Shown in pieces: positions 8,622-17,987 of a DNA stretch of 64,000 nt (positions are counted from its first letter, which is position 1; the number at the start of each line of letters is the position of its first letter). The notes beneath the pieces are model-generated. The model was not told the DNA's origin. It worked only from the letters and a program-made list of their open reading frames with translations, and made no database searches. The position numbers were made by a program, and so were the translations under genes. Source of the DNA: Prevotella sp. (lineage in GTDB: Bacteria; Bacteroidota; Bacteroidia; Bacteroidales; Bacteroidaceae); assembly GCA_045643065.1 (NCBI GenBank), contig JAZUKC010000027.1, positions 443 to 64,442 on the forward strand, given 5' to 3'.

Positions 8622-9464
8622 TTACGAATTGAATCTTTGTTCTATAAGTGCCTTTATTTCGTATGGCTTGAGCCCCCATTTGGGAGCAATGACTAAGTCC
8701 GACGGCGCAGAAGATACATAGCGTTCTATCTTTATGTCAGAACGAAGATGCTTACGATATTCCCTCACTAGAGTGACGTAGTCTTCTGCTTTAGGAAATA
8801 CTACAAAATCTTCTGGATGAGCTTTATAGTCTTCTGCCATCCTTGTACCTTTCAATATCTGCAACTGATGACGTTTTATGAAGTCGATAGGTAAACGAGA
8901 AAGCATTTCTGCTCCTTGAATCATCTCCTCTTTTGTTTCTTCAGGCAATCCAAGAATTATATGTACTCCCACCCTAATACCTATTGCTGCAGTTCTTTGA
9001 ATTGCTTCTTCCGCCTGAGCAAAGGTATGTCCTCGGTTTATGCGCATGAGAACATGGTCATGGCAACTTTCCACACCTATCTCTATTATCAGTTCGGTTC
9101 GGTCATTGAACTCTTCAAGGAGGTCGAGAACTTCATCTTGAAGGCAATCAGGACGTGTACCAATTATTAGTCCCTTAACACCTTCAACGGACAATGCTTC
9201 TTCATACTTCTGTCTGAGAATATCAACAGGAGCGAATGTACCACTAAAGGATTGGAAGTAAGCAATATACTCCATATCCTTATACTTATGCTCGAAGAAA
9301 CGTTTGCCAGCTTCCAACTGCTCCGTAATGCTCTTTGACTTACGGCAATAGTTAGGAACGAAGGAATCGTTACGGCAGTAACTGCATCCTCCGCTTCCAA
9401 TGGTTCCATCACGATTTGGGCATGTGAAACCGCCATCAACCATTATGCGCTGACGCTTAGGCAT
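8622..9464 (-). CDS. radical SAM protein, TIGR01212 (YhcC) family
   Basis: DGGFTCPNRDG...GGCSYC, YFQSF, IGTRPDC and RGH signatures. The N-terminus looks slightly short. Confidence 0.9.
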   Translation of the reverse strand: MPKRQRIMVDGGFTCPNRDGTIGSGGCSYCRNDSFVPNYCRKSKSITEQLEAGKRFFEHKYKDMEYIAYFQSFSGTFAPVDILRQKYEEALSVEGVKGLIIGTRPDCLQDEVLDLLEEFNDRTELIIEIGVESCHDHVLMRINRGHTFAQAEEAIQRTAAIGIRVGVHIILGLPEETKEEMIQGAEMLSRLPIDFIKRHQLQILKGTRMAEDYKAHPEDFVVFPKAEDYVTLVREYRKHLRSDIKIERYVSSAPSDLVIAPKWGLKPYEIKALIEQRFNS

Positions 9465-9479
9465 TGTACGTCAAAGTAA

Positions 9480-10106
9480 CTATCTGATAAAATGCATAGG
9501 TGTCCATGGCTCACGCTCAGGAGCATCCGTTGTCTCTATGCCATGCATCTTCTTCAGTGTCCATGCCATGTTGTTAGCAAGTGTACGCATTGTCTGCATA
9601 CCCTCGATGTCTTGTGCAGACTGTCCTTCCTCACGACCGTAGGCAATGTTCCAATACTGTGAACCGATAAGTGGCATGTTGCACATCTGGAATGGCATCT
9701 GGAGTGTCTGGAATGCTGCTGATGCACCACCTCTACGGCAAACAGCAACGGCAGCCGCTGGCTTACCTTGGAAGTTTGCACCACCGGCATAGAGCATTCT
9801 CTGCTGCAGACAAAGCAGCTGACCTGATGGCTGTCCCCAATATACTGGCGAACCGAGAATGATGGCATCACATTCAGCCATCTTTGCTATTACCTCGTTT
9901 GTAATGTCCTGATCACCAAAGACACAACGGCTATCACCATTTTCCTTACAAGCACCACAAGCGATGCAACCACGAACAGCCTTGTTGCCAATCCACATTA
10001 TTTCACTTTCTACACCTTGCTTGTTGAGCTGCTGAGCAACCTCATTGAGTGCGGTGTAGGTATTGCCCTTCTGACGTGGGCTTCCGTTGATAAGTAATAC
10101 TTTCAT
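9480..10106 (-). CDS. flavodoxin family / iron-sulfur flavoprotein (NADPH-dependent FMN reductase-like)
   Basis: INGSPRQKGNT, GCIACGAC...C cluster motif, GSPVYWG, RRGG. Confidence 0.9.
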   Translation of the reverse strand: MKVLLINGSPRQKGNTYTALNEVAQQLNKQGVESEIMWIGNKAVRGCIACGACKENGDSRCVFGDQDITNEVIAKMAECDAIILGSPVYWGQPSGQLLCLQQRMLYAGGANFQGKPAAAVAVCRRGGASAAFQTLQMPFQMCNMPLIGSQYWNIAYGREEGQSAQDIEGMQTMRTLANNMAWTLKKMHGIETTDAPEREPWTPMHFIR

Positions 10107-10143
10107 TGTATTTCGTTTTTATATTTGGTCCGATAAATTAAAG

Positions 10144-10389
10144 TTATAGCATATTCTCAAATTGTTCAACCGCATTAAAAATGTCGTCAGCAAAGCTGGA
10201 ATGATTGCGCAGGAAGTCTTTTCGTCCCTTAGAGATAAGGTCGTACAACTCGCCATCCATCTGACTTACATAATCTTCAATGGCATATTCAATATCATCC
10301 CTCTGCCAATCAAGAGTTGAGTACTGATATACACGCTGTTTCTGGTGAAAGAATGCGTATGCCGATTCTATGGTATGCTTATTTATCAT
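10144..10389 (-). CDS. hypothetical protein, paralog of 981..1226
   Basis: IESAYAFFHQKQRVYQYSTLDWQ is shared with copy 1. Confidence 0.8.
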   Translation of the reverse strand: MINKHTIESAYAFFHQKQRVYQYSTLDWQRDDIEYAIEDYVSQMDGELYDLISKGRKDFLRNHSSFADDIFNAVEQFENML

Positions 10390-10579
10390 ATCCTACAGGT
10401 CTGAATTGAAGTTGATCCTCTGCAAATACATAGTCATGCTGGAGAAGGTAGGTTTTTACCTCTTCCGGCTCACGGTTGAATGAGTAACACAGAGATTCAA
10501 TCGAGTCAAACTCCTCGTCACGAAGGAGCATGTTGATACTTGAAACAAGTATTGCAGGGTCTTGTGGTAGGTATTCCAT
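10379..10579 (-). CDS. DUF4250 family small protein, paralog of 1216..1416
   Basis: Nearly identical to copy 1. Confidence 0.85.
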   Translation of the reverse strand: MEYLPQDPAILVSSINMLLRDEEFDSIESLCYSFNREPEEVKTYLLQHDYVFAEDQLQFRPVGYDK

Positions 10580-10594
10580 TTAATCAATAATGTG

Positions 10595-10888
10595 TTAAGT
10601 CCAAAATTCTTCTTTTCTTTCTTGTTGCATTTTGCCATTGCATTTGGGACAAGTATGACCATCCCATATACGCAGGTCGTTACTCATGCACTGAGGGCAA
10701 AGTCTTCCGTATTCTGTCGAGAAACTGGGTGCAACTTCAGCTATCATTCCTCCTACAGTCAATGGCTGAACGGTATGGCAATGCAGACATACAACCATGG
10801 ATATCTTCTGTCCGAAGAATCCTCTGCCGTTGTAGTTCTCACATTCGTAACCACAACAGGTACATTTGTATTTCTGCTTACTTGCCAT
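10595..10888 (-). CDS. Cys-rich zinc-ribbon protein (four CxxC pairs)
   Basis: CTCC, CLHC, CPQC, CPKC. ATG at 10888 (MASKQKYKC). Confidence 0.75.
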   Translation of the reverse strand: MASKQKYKCTCCGYECENYNGRGFFGQKISMVVCLHCHTVQPLTVGGMIAEVAPSFSTEYGRLCPQCMSNDLRIWDGHTCPKCNGKMQQERKEEFWT

Positions 10889-10898
10889 AATCAATTGC

Positions 10899-11045
10899 TT
10901 AGTGTCCACGGACGAAAACGCCTTCTGGCTGATACTCCTTTAATTCATCTTCCATGATGGTTTCATCCATTTCATCTTCCTGTTGCTGTGCCATCATACG
11001 GCAATACTTTTCGTACTCGGTAAGTTGTTATTCGTTCTTTTCCAT
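10899..11045 (-). pseudogene. small acidic ORF (48 codons) with an in-frame TAA at codon 6
   Basis: MEKNE*QLTEYEKYCRMMAQQQEDEMDETIMEDELKEYQPEGVFVRGH*. It ends about 10 nt before the next start codon. Confidence 0.5.
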
Positions 11046-11141
11046 TGAAATTACTTTTTTATAAAAAAAATCAACCTTTTCCATAACAGGTGTAGCAGTT
11101 GTGATCCTATAACCATGACAGTCATAGAGGTTCTGTCTGCT

Positions 11142-12326
11142 TCACACGTTCTTAATGAATTTTGCTGGTACACCACCCACTACTGTTCTTGGTGCTACGT
11201 CCTTTGTCACTACGGCACCAGCTGCTACGACGGCACCGTCACCAATGGTAACACCTGCGGTCAGTATGGCTCCAGCACCTATCCAGCAGCCATTGCCGAT
11301 TGTGATAGGGAGGGCACGTGTGCGACAGAAATATTCCCGACTATCTGGATTCCAATTTGTTGTCATCCGTTCTTCTAGCGAGACAGGATGCGTCGAAGTG
11401 TTAATCTGCACACCTGGGGCAATAAGTACGTTATTGCCGATGACAATCCTGTTGCTATCAACGAAGAGGCAGCGGTGATTGATACTCACATTGTTACCTA
11501 TGTGTATATTGTCACCAAAATCGCAAAGGAAGTCAGTTCCGATTGACACGTTGGTGCCAACACTACCAAGCAATTCTGCGAGCATCAGCCTGCGTTCACT
11601 CCGTCTTGCGTAAGGTGTGGAATTGTATCGTTCACACCATTCCGCTGCCTTGGCTTTTCGCTCTATGAAGATTGGCGCATGGCAATCATAGAGTTCGCCA
11701 CGCATACATTTCTCCAATTCTTCTCTTTCGCAAATCTTCTCACGCAACTCCTTTTCGTACTGCCTGGCATCCGTAAACACAATGCCATCCATGCCTAGGC
11801 GCCTGCTACCTTCGATGTTATCTGCCTTGTCATCCGCAAAGATACATTCTTCGGGTTTGAGATTAAATTTATCGAAAAGTCGTTGATAAATCTCAGGTTC
11901 TGGCTTAATGGTTTTCTCTTCAGAAGAAATAATCTGTCCGTCAAGCAGTTTGAAGATAGGGAATTGCTCCATCGTCAGATACACTTTGCTGCACCAGTTG
12001 GTCAATCCGTAGAGCTTATAACCATCTGCTTTGAGTTTGGTAAGGAGTTCATACATACCTTTTACCTCGTTGGTCACAATCTCAGGATAATGCTCGTTGA
12101 AGATGCAAATCTCTGGTTCAAACTCTTTATTCTTTGCAATAATTTCATCCATGATAACGTCAAAAGGACGTTCCTCACGGTCAAGCATTGCCTGTACTTC
12201 TTCGTTATAAAGCACAGGTGTAAATGCCAAACAACGGTCTGTGTCTGGTATATATTTACGGAAAAAAGTCTCGAAGTCATAATCCACGAGTACCTTCCCA
12301 AAGTCGAATATGAGATTTTTTATCAT
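11142..12326 (-). CDS. fusion of HAD-IA phosphatase and maltose/galactoside O-acetyltransferase (hexapeptide-repeat) domain
   Basis: N-terminal FDFGKVL, TNW, KPEPEIY, ADD. C-terminal GELYDC, DFGDNIHIG, IGAGAILTAGVTIGDGAVVAAGAVVTKDV...GGVPAK. Confidence 0.9.
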   Translation of the reverse strand: MIKNLIFDFGKVLVDYDFETFFRKYIPDTDRCLAFTPVLYNEEVQAMLDREERPFDVIMDEIIAKNKEFEPEICIFNEHYPEIVTNEVKGMYELLTKLKADGYKLYGLTNWCSKVYLTMEQFPIFKLLDGQIISSEEKTIKPEPEIYQRLFDKFNLKPEECIFADDKADNIEGSRRLGMDGIVFTDARQYEKELREKICEREELEKCMRGELYDCHAPIFIERKAKAAEWCERYNSTPYARRSERRLMLAELLGSVGTNVSIGTDFLCDFGDNIHIGNNVSINHRCLFVDSNRIVIGNNVLIAPGVQINTSTHPVSLEERMTTNWNPDSREYFCRTRALPITIGNGCWIGAGAILTAGVTIGDGAVVAAGAVVTKDVAPRTVVGGVPAKFIKNV

Positions 12327-12333
12327 AGAATCA

Positions 12334-12564
12334 CTATCCTTCTTGTTCTCTTAAACAATGTGGTAATTTACCTATTTTACGATGATGAGCCACGCAAGCA
12401 CAGCATTTGCCGTGACATGGGCATTCTTTTGGACAAGTACACTCGAAGTAGTTTGTTTGACCTGTCGGTCTTCCTCCTTCGCACCTCGGCAATTCAAGCG
12501 AGCTTGATTGCTCTCGGTTTGGCGTCAGTTTACCTACTGTTGATGGTCTATGTGGACAATTCAT
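12334..12564 (-). CDS. small Cys/His-rich protein carrying an in-frame palindromic insertion
   Basis: CTCPKECPCHGKCCACVAHH...LPHC metal-binding pattern; tight spacing to both neighbours. Confidence 0.65.
   Translation of the reverse strand: MNCPHRPSTVGKLTPNREQSSSLELPRCEGGRPTGQTNYFECTCPKECPCHGKCCACVAHHRKIGKLPHCLREQEG
12457..12528. repeat. Prevotella-type short palindromic (REP/MITE-like) element, 72 nt
   Basis: TTGACCTGTCGGTCTTCCTCCTTCGCACCTCGGCAATTCAAGCGAGCTTGATTGCTCTCGGTTTGGCGTCAG, with hairpins GACC/GGTC and TCAAGC/GCTTGA. It resembles a dispersed repeat I recall from Prevotella genomes; only one copy is in this window. Confidence 0.65.
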
Positions 12565-12588
12565 ATTTCTTGATATTTATTGTTTGTA

Positions 12589-13353
12589 CTAAAATTCTAT
12601 GTAATCTCCTTCTTTCTTGATACACCAGAAAGGTATATTCTTCTCTTGGCAGAAAGGTTCCATACGCCATGCGCTTTCAAAACCGCTTGCCACGAAGTGC
12701 ATAGGAACAAACATGCCGACTTGGAAACGCTCGACGAACTGTCTTCCTCCGAGAGTGTAGCCATTGCCGATGCGTCCATCAACAGGGAACATGATGAGGT
12801 CAAAAGTACCAGTAATCTTGTGTATGTCTTTCAATTCTCCAAGAAAACGTTTCTCTTCTGCCGTTGGATTTATGTATTCCCCGAACTCCCCACTATAGAT
12901 TTCTCCTTCAGGAGCACCGTCGGCAAGGAATCGTGCGTACCAGTTGCAAAGGTCACCAGCATGGAAAATAGTCTTTCCTTCTGTTTCAACTATCCATGAC
13001 ACACCGCTGTCATTACTTCCTGTTGCTGTTACTTTTATATTCTCATCTTCCCATACGGAGCCTTTTGCCATCCATACGTCAGCATCTTCCTTCTGAGCTC
13101 TCTTTCGTTTAAGAATGTCCTTTGAAAGAATATAAGTGTAATCAGTAAATGGATTATTCTGCCTCCACTTGAAAATCTCTTTATTGAAGTGGTCTTCATG
13201 AAAATGACTCGCAAACACATAAACATGCTTGCTTCCACTTAGATCAATGAAGGATTCCAATACATTCGCAGGATCCATCCAATAATCAAAGATAAGGATA
13301 GATTGTTCTGTTTCGAGCATGAAACCGCTATGAAATATGTATCTGAGAGTCAT
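12589..13353 (-). CDS. MBL-fold metallo-hydrolase
   Basis: HSGF, SHFHEDH (HxHxDH), FHAGD, PMH. Confidence 0.9.
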   Translation of the reverse strand: MTLRYIFHSGFMLETEQSILIFDYWMDPANVLESFIDLSGSKHVYVFASHFHEDHFNKEIFKWRQNNPFTDYTYILSKDILKRKRAQKEDADVWMAKGSVWEDENIKVTATGSNDSGVSWIVETEGKTIFHAGDLCNWYARFLADGAPEGEIYSGEFGEYINPTAEEKRFLGELKDIHKITGTFDLIMFPVDGRIGNGYTLGGRQFVERFQVGMFVPMHFVASGFESAWRMEPFCQEKNIPFWCIKKEGDYIEF

Positions 13354-13367
13354 TTTAATCTAACGAG

Positions 13368-14000
13368 TTATTCCATGTATTTTATCTTATCCATTGTGCG
13401 TGGCTTTGCCTCTGGTGTCTCGTTGGGATATCCAAGAGCAATGCAGTAAAGGAGTTCATAACCTTCAGAAAATGCCATCTTGTCGAGGTATGGTTTTGCT
13501 GATGGAGAATCCTTTATCCAACGAGCAGAACTTCCAAGACAACATGAACCAATTCCCTTTGACCATGCAGAGAGTATGATATTCTCACCAAGAAGACCGC
13601 AATCCACCTGACTCATATCGTAGGTGGTGTCGTATGCTATACAAAGGACACAAGGAGCATTGACGAAGATGTTCTTGAAACCTTCGCGTTCAGCTAATTC
13701 CGGCTTGTCTTTTACTACAGCATTGGTTATCGAATCAATCAATGCAGGTGAGAGTACGCGTATCTCGTATGCCTGAAGATTCTTACCGTTAGGAGCATTC
13801 ACACCACATTTGAGTATTTCATCCAACGTCTCGCGACTAATAAGCGAATCCTTATAATTGCGGATGCTTCGACGACTCATCATCAACTCTGTTATTGCAT
13901 CATCTGATGATTGAATGGAAGATGTCTGTTCGTTAGTCTGGTTACATGCTGCGAACATTAGTGCTGCATAAGCCAGAGGAAGTATATTCTTTAGTTTCAT
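13368..14000 (-). CDS. nitroreductase family lipoprotein
   Basis: Lipobox FAAC, RRSIR, NAPNGKNLQ, GIGSC, IALGYP. Start at MKLKNIL. Confidence 0.9.
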   Translation of the reverse strand: MKLKNILPLAYAALMFAACNQTNEQTSSIQSSDDAITELMMSRRSIRNYKDSLISRETLDEILKCGVNAPNGKNLQAYEIRVLSPALIDSITNAVVKDKPELAEREGFKNIFVNAPCVLCIAYDTTYDMSQVDCGLLGENIILSAWSKGIGSCCLGSSARWIKDSPSAKPYLDKMAFSEGYELLYCIALGYPNETPEAKPRTMDKIKYME

Positions 14001-14071
14001 AGTCAGTATCTGTCGGAATGATGTCATAATTCTTCGATGTTTGTATTTGGGCGTTTATAGAAGGGGAATGA

Positions 14072-14779
14072 TTAGTCCTCCTTAACGATAGGATATAATT
14101 CAATAAACTCACCATTGTGGTTGCTTCCGTCATTGATAAGTTCTGCCATCTTCTGACCTACAGTGTCTATATCGTGGAAACCAGGCAATGCCATATTGCC
14201 GTTAAGGTCTGTTGTTGTAGGTCCGGGATGAACACTGAATATCTCAACAGGGATATTGTTCTGTGTAAACTCCAGAGCCATAATACCCATCATGGCATTC
14301 TGTGCAGCCTTACTTGCCACGTATGCCAATGGATGCCAGTATGGATTTGCCTCTGATGGTACAGTGACATTGACGATACGACCTTCGTTCTTCTGAATCA
14401 GTGGTATGAGTGCCTTGGTCAATGCAAATGTGCCAATGAAGTTCACGTCAACGGTTTCCTTGATGTGATTCATGTCTGTAGCGTAGCTTGCCTGACTCAT
14501 GTCGCCCGGAATACCAGCATTATTGATGAGCATGGTGAGTTCTGGATATTCCGCAGTGATGGTTGCAGCTGCCTTTTCGATGCTGTCAATGTCTGCAAGT
14601 TCTATGTTTACCCAACCTGCAACTTCAATACCGAGGTCTTTCAGTTCCTTGATTGCCTTTTCTGCACGCTCTTCATTACGTGCACCGAGTACGATACTCC
14701 ATCCTGAGAGCCCAAGATGCTTTGCTATTCCATAACCTATGCCTTTGTTGGCACCTGTGATAAACACTGTCTGTTTCAT
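14072..14779 (-). CDS. short-chain dehydrogenase/reductase
   Basis: TGANKGIG, NNAG, YVASK (YxxxK). Start at MKQTVF. Confidence 0.92.
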   Translation of the reverse strand: MKQTVFITGANKGIGYGIAKHLGLSGWSIVLGARNEERAEKAIKELKDLGIEVAGWVNIELADIDSIEKAAATITAEYPELTMLINNAGIPGDMSQASYATDMNHIKETVDVNFIGTFALTKALIPLIQKNEGRIVNVTVPSEANPYWHPLAYVASKAAQNAMMGIMALEFTQNNIPVEIFSVHPGPTTTDLNGNMALPGFHDIDTVGQKMAELINDGSNHNGEFIELYPIVKED

Positions 14780-14873
14780 TGTTAGTAGTTTTTTTGTGTA
14801 ATTATTGGTTGATAGTTTATTCAGCGTTCTTTTGATTCTATAGTTTCTTGTGCAAGCATTATTGATATGTTTC

Positions 14874-15509
14874 TTAAAAAGATAACACCTCGCAGAAGTT
14901 ATCAATAATGAAGTTTGGCTGAGCTGTCATGAGTCTGTCCCGGGTGTGATTACCGTATGTTACGGCACAAGTCTTGCAATGTGCTTTGTTGCCCATTTCT
15001 ATGTCGAATGTGGTATCACCGATGACCATAGTTTCACTCTCGCTGATACCCATTTTTTCCAGCACTCCAACAACCATGTCTGGAGCAGGTTTTGGGGCAT
15101 AACCATCAGATGCAGAGGCCAGAAGGTCAAAATACTCAAGTACACCATGACGCTTCATTATCTCTGTCAGCGAATGCTTGTTCCTTGAAGTAGCAATGGC
15201 AAGGCGTTTACCTTGCTTGTGAAGCTCCGTCAATGTTTCCTTTACCCCAGGAAAAAGTTCTATCTTTGACATGGCTATATCTGGGAATATACGTCTGTAG
15301 GTAGCACATAACCCGGTGACTTCATCTTCGTCAGCAATACCTAATCCACGCATGCAATCATCAAGACGCAGTCCTATCACACCTTTTATATCACCTACAG
15401 TAGGTATCTCTTTGCCATGCAGACGGAATGTTTCCTGCATGGTAGCGACAATGCCTCCTATGGTATCAGCAACTGTACCGTCAAAGTCAAATATGTAATT
15501 CTTAATCAT
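14874..15509 (-). CDS. HAD-IA family hydrolase, copy 2 (intact DFDGT)
   Basis: Nearly identical to 2828..3475. Confidence 0.9.
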   Translation of the reverse strand: MIKNYIFDFDGTVADTIGGIVATMQETFRLHGKEIPTVGDIKGVIGLRLDDCMRGLGIADEDEVTGLCATYRRIFPDIAMSKIELFPGVKETLTELHKQGKRLAIATSRNKHSLTEIMKRHGVLEYFDLLASASDGYAPKPAPDMVVGVLEKMGISESETMVIGDTTFDIEMGNKAHCKTCAVTYGNHTRDRLMTAQPNFIIDNFCEVLSF

Positions 15510-15523
15510 CCTATTGTGTGTTG

Positions 15524-15642
15524 AGCCTTATGTGCACGAGCACCTGCGATTTATTATTAATATGCAAATTTACATTATTTTCTTGACAAAATCAACAAAA
15601 TACCATCTTAAACACTTAAATACTAACATTTTTAACTAAAAA
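15524..15642 (-). pseudogene. deleted relic of the Hc1-like gene and its upstream region
   Basis: AGCCTTATGTGCACGAGCACCTGC matches 4231-4255. GCAAATTTACA...TAAATACTAA.ATTTTTAACTAAAAA matches 4370-4449. Confidence 0.7.
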
Positions 15643-15731
15643 ACAATGATTATGTACTCATAGCTTATGAAATACATACGATGTAGCCTAATTAGTGAGT
15701 AATACAAGATTTGTATCGAAATCATTCGGGA

Positions 15732-15807
15732 GCACTCAAACTTATATTTGATTGCACTCAAACAAACATTTGCTTGCAATCAAATAAACATTCGATTGCA
15801 CTCAAAC
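15732..15807 (+). repeat. degenerate 22-bp tandem array (GCACTCAAAC core, 4 units)
   Basis: Cores start at 15732, 15754, 15776 and 15798. Confidence 0.85.
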
Positions 15808-15922
15808 GTAGCCCAACGAATACGTTTTAGCTGCCAATCACATACATTTCATCTAACAAAAGAATGCTTTTTAGGCGATTATTCTGATTGGCATCCATTC
15901 CGTTTCTTCCAGAATCAATTAA

Positions 15923-16969
15923 TCACTTGTACTTGGGGGCTTTTAAGTTGATAAGCAACGCTACGACCTCTGAATAATTCTCTACACCCTTGGTTATATT
16001 GTTTCCCTTCAGGAAAAGGTCGTAACTGACAGAGTGTAGTTTGCGAAGCACTGGCGATTGCAACAATTGCCAGTGAGCATGACTATTCCTTACATCCTCG
16101 ATGACATCATTCCTTACACTTGCAAGAACCGCCTTGTACTCTTGTTCGTTGAGAGACATGCTGGCATTATTGAGTACATACGGAAGTATGGCTTTATATG
16201 CACTATAACGAACGGCCGCATTACCTGACGATGCACAAGCATGGAATGCCCACCAATTAGCTTCTGCCTCGCTGCTGACACCGAGCAAATGTGAAAGTTC
16301 GTGTGCGTACGTGAAGGGATAGTCAACATTTGGGAGGTCGCTGTTGATGTACGATTCAGAAAGCAATGGAGCCATGAAACCAAGTACGCTTACCGAAGAA
16401 TACAAGGTATTACAAAGGGAGCGTTTCGGTTGCTGCCAGGGCTGTGGGGTACATAAACCATAGATGGAAGGAACGGATGAATAGTATTCCTTTATCTCAT
16501 TTGTTATCTGCATCTTATCGCATGAAATAACTTTAACATAACAGGCATTAGATTCACTTATGAAAGTATCTACAAATTGCTTGAACAACGCCTCGTTGTA
16601 TTGAGGCATTTGCTCAGATGTTCGCATATAAACTGCACTCCTTGAATAGTTGATGCACCATGCAATGTAGAACCAGATATACGTCCATACAAGTATTCTC
16701 ACAAGAGACCTCGTAATGCGTTTCCATCCATGCTGATGCTTAACACCCTTTACTATAACATAAACGGCATAGACAGCGATAAGTGCAATTATAATCTCCT
16801 GGACACCAAACGACACGAATGACGAAAACCACGATAGCGTGGCTGATACATGCGGATAAACATACAACGCATACACATCAGCAACACTCGTAGAGAATCG
16901 GCATACGACAGTAAACAGTACCAGTACAACTGCAATGCTATCAAATATCTTTGTCTTTCTTACCTTCAT
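15923..16969 (-). CDS. DUF3810 family membrane protein (HExxH zincin-like)
   Basis: N-terminal transmembrane segments, WCINYSR, and PFTYAHELSHLLGVSSEAEAN. Confidence 0.85.
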   Translation of the reverse strand: MKVRKTKIFDSIAVVLVLFTVVCRFSTSVADVYALYVYPHVSATLSWFSSFVSFGVQEIIIALIAVYAVYVIVKGVKHQHGWKRITRSLVRILVWTYIWFYIAWCINYSRSAVYMRTSEQMPQYNEALFKQFVDTFISESNACYVKVISCDKMQITNEIKEYYSSVPSIYGLCTPQPWQQPKRSLCNTLYSSVSVLGFMAPLLSESYINSDLPNVDYPFTYAHELSHLLGVSSEAEANWWAFHACASSGNAAVRYSAYKAILPYVLNNASMSLNEQEYKAVLASVRNDVIEDVRNSHAHWQLLQSPVLRKLHSVSYDLFLKGNNITKGVENYSEVVALLINLKAPKYK

Positions 16970-17078
16970 TATGAGACAATGTTTAGTTATTAAGATGCAA
17001 AAATACGATATTTATTCCATAAAAACAAGAAAAATCATTTTATTTGTATAAGAATCTATACCATGACGGCGATATTGG

Positions 17079-17122
17079 CTAACGGGGATTCAGGGGATTA
17101 AGAGTTTTAAGGGGATTAAAGA
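17079..17122 (+). repeat. GGGGATTAA-type 9-mer repeat cluster upstream of the Cof gene
   Basis: CTAACGGGGATTCAGGGGATTAAGAGTTTTAAGGGGATTAAAG; similar to 18020-18053. Confidence 0.65.
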
Positions 17123-17195
17123 AAATATTGAAAATCCTTTGAGGTTTCAACTAAATTTAATAACTTTGCATAAAATTTATGATTTCTATAGAACG

Positions 17196-17987
17196 ATGTC
17201 TATGATAAAAGCATTATTTCTGGATGTTGACGGGACACTCGTCAGCTTTAAGACACATAGGATTCCTGAATCCGCAGTAGAGGCAATAAGGCAGGCGCAC
17301 GAGAATGGGGTGAAGATAATCATCGCTACTGGACGCTGCCGACGCATAATAAATAATCTTGGTGAGATAGAACCTTATATCGATGGATATAGTTGTACGA
17401 ACGGTGCGTTTAACATCATTGGTAAGCAAGAGGTTAGCTTCTACCCTATTGACGAGAATGATGTCCGGAAGGTTCTTGCCAAAGCAGACAAGGAGGACGT
17501 TGCTTGCATCGTGTCGGGTAAGCAGAGCGTGACGTGTGTTAACCGTAACGAGATCTTCCGCAAGGTGTTCGTGGATATGCATAACATTCAGTATTTTGCC
17601 GGTGAACTGCCTTCGCTTGATGATGTGCTTGCTGAGGGTGTAAGTGAGTTTACGCCGTTCTTCTCGAAGGAGATGGAGACTGAACTGATGACGGAACTGG
17701 ATAACTGTGAGAGCAGTCGTTGGTACCCTGCTTTCATGGATATCACGCGCAAGGGTGTGAACAAAGGGTTGGCAGTGAATGATGTGGCAAAATTCCTTGG
17801 CATCTCTATCTCTGAGACTATGGCGATAGGCGATGGTGACAACGATGTGCCTATGCTTAAAGCGGCTGGCATCGGCATAGCAATGGGCAACAGTACGGAT
17901 GACGTGAAGAGTCAGGCGGATGATGTTACCGACGACATCGATAATGACGGTCTCAGCAAGGCGATACGGAAGTATGTTAAGGGTTAA
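17196..17987 (+). CDS. Cof-type HAD-IIB hydrolase
   Basis: LDVDGTL, IATGR, NKG, IGDGDNDVPML...AMGN. Confidence 0.92.
   Translation: MSMIKALFLDVDGTLVSFKTHRIPESAVEAIRQAHENGVKIIIATGRCRRIINNLGEIEPYIDGYSCTNGAFNIIGKQEVSFYPIDENDVRKVLAKADKEDVACIVSGKQSVTCVNRNEIFRKVFVDMHNIQYFAGELPSLDDVLAEGVSEFTPFFSKEMETELMTELDNCESSRWYPAFMDITRKGVNKGLAVNDVAKFLGISISETMAIGDGDNDVPMLKAAGIGIAMGNSTDDVKSQADDVTDDIDNDGLSKAIRKYVKG

Noticed and set aside
8622..9464. Non-canonical Cys spacing in the radical SAM protein
   Set aside because: The extended C-x(n)-C-x2-C spacing is normal for the TIGR01212 family.
11028..11030. In-frame TAA as evidence of stop-codon reassignment
   Set aside because: TAA is the usual stop throughout the window and prfA is intact, so a single nonsense change is simpler.
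15732..15807. 22-bp arrays (also 28339-28420 and 34176-34250) as CRISPR arrays
   Set aside because: Units are contiguous and degenerate with no unique ~30-nt spacers, and no cas genes are present.
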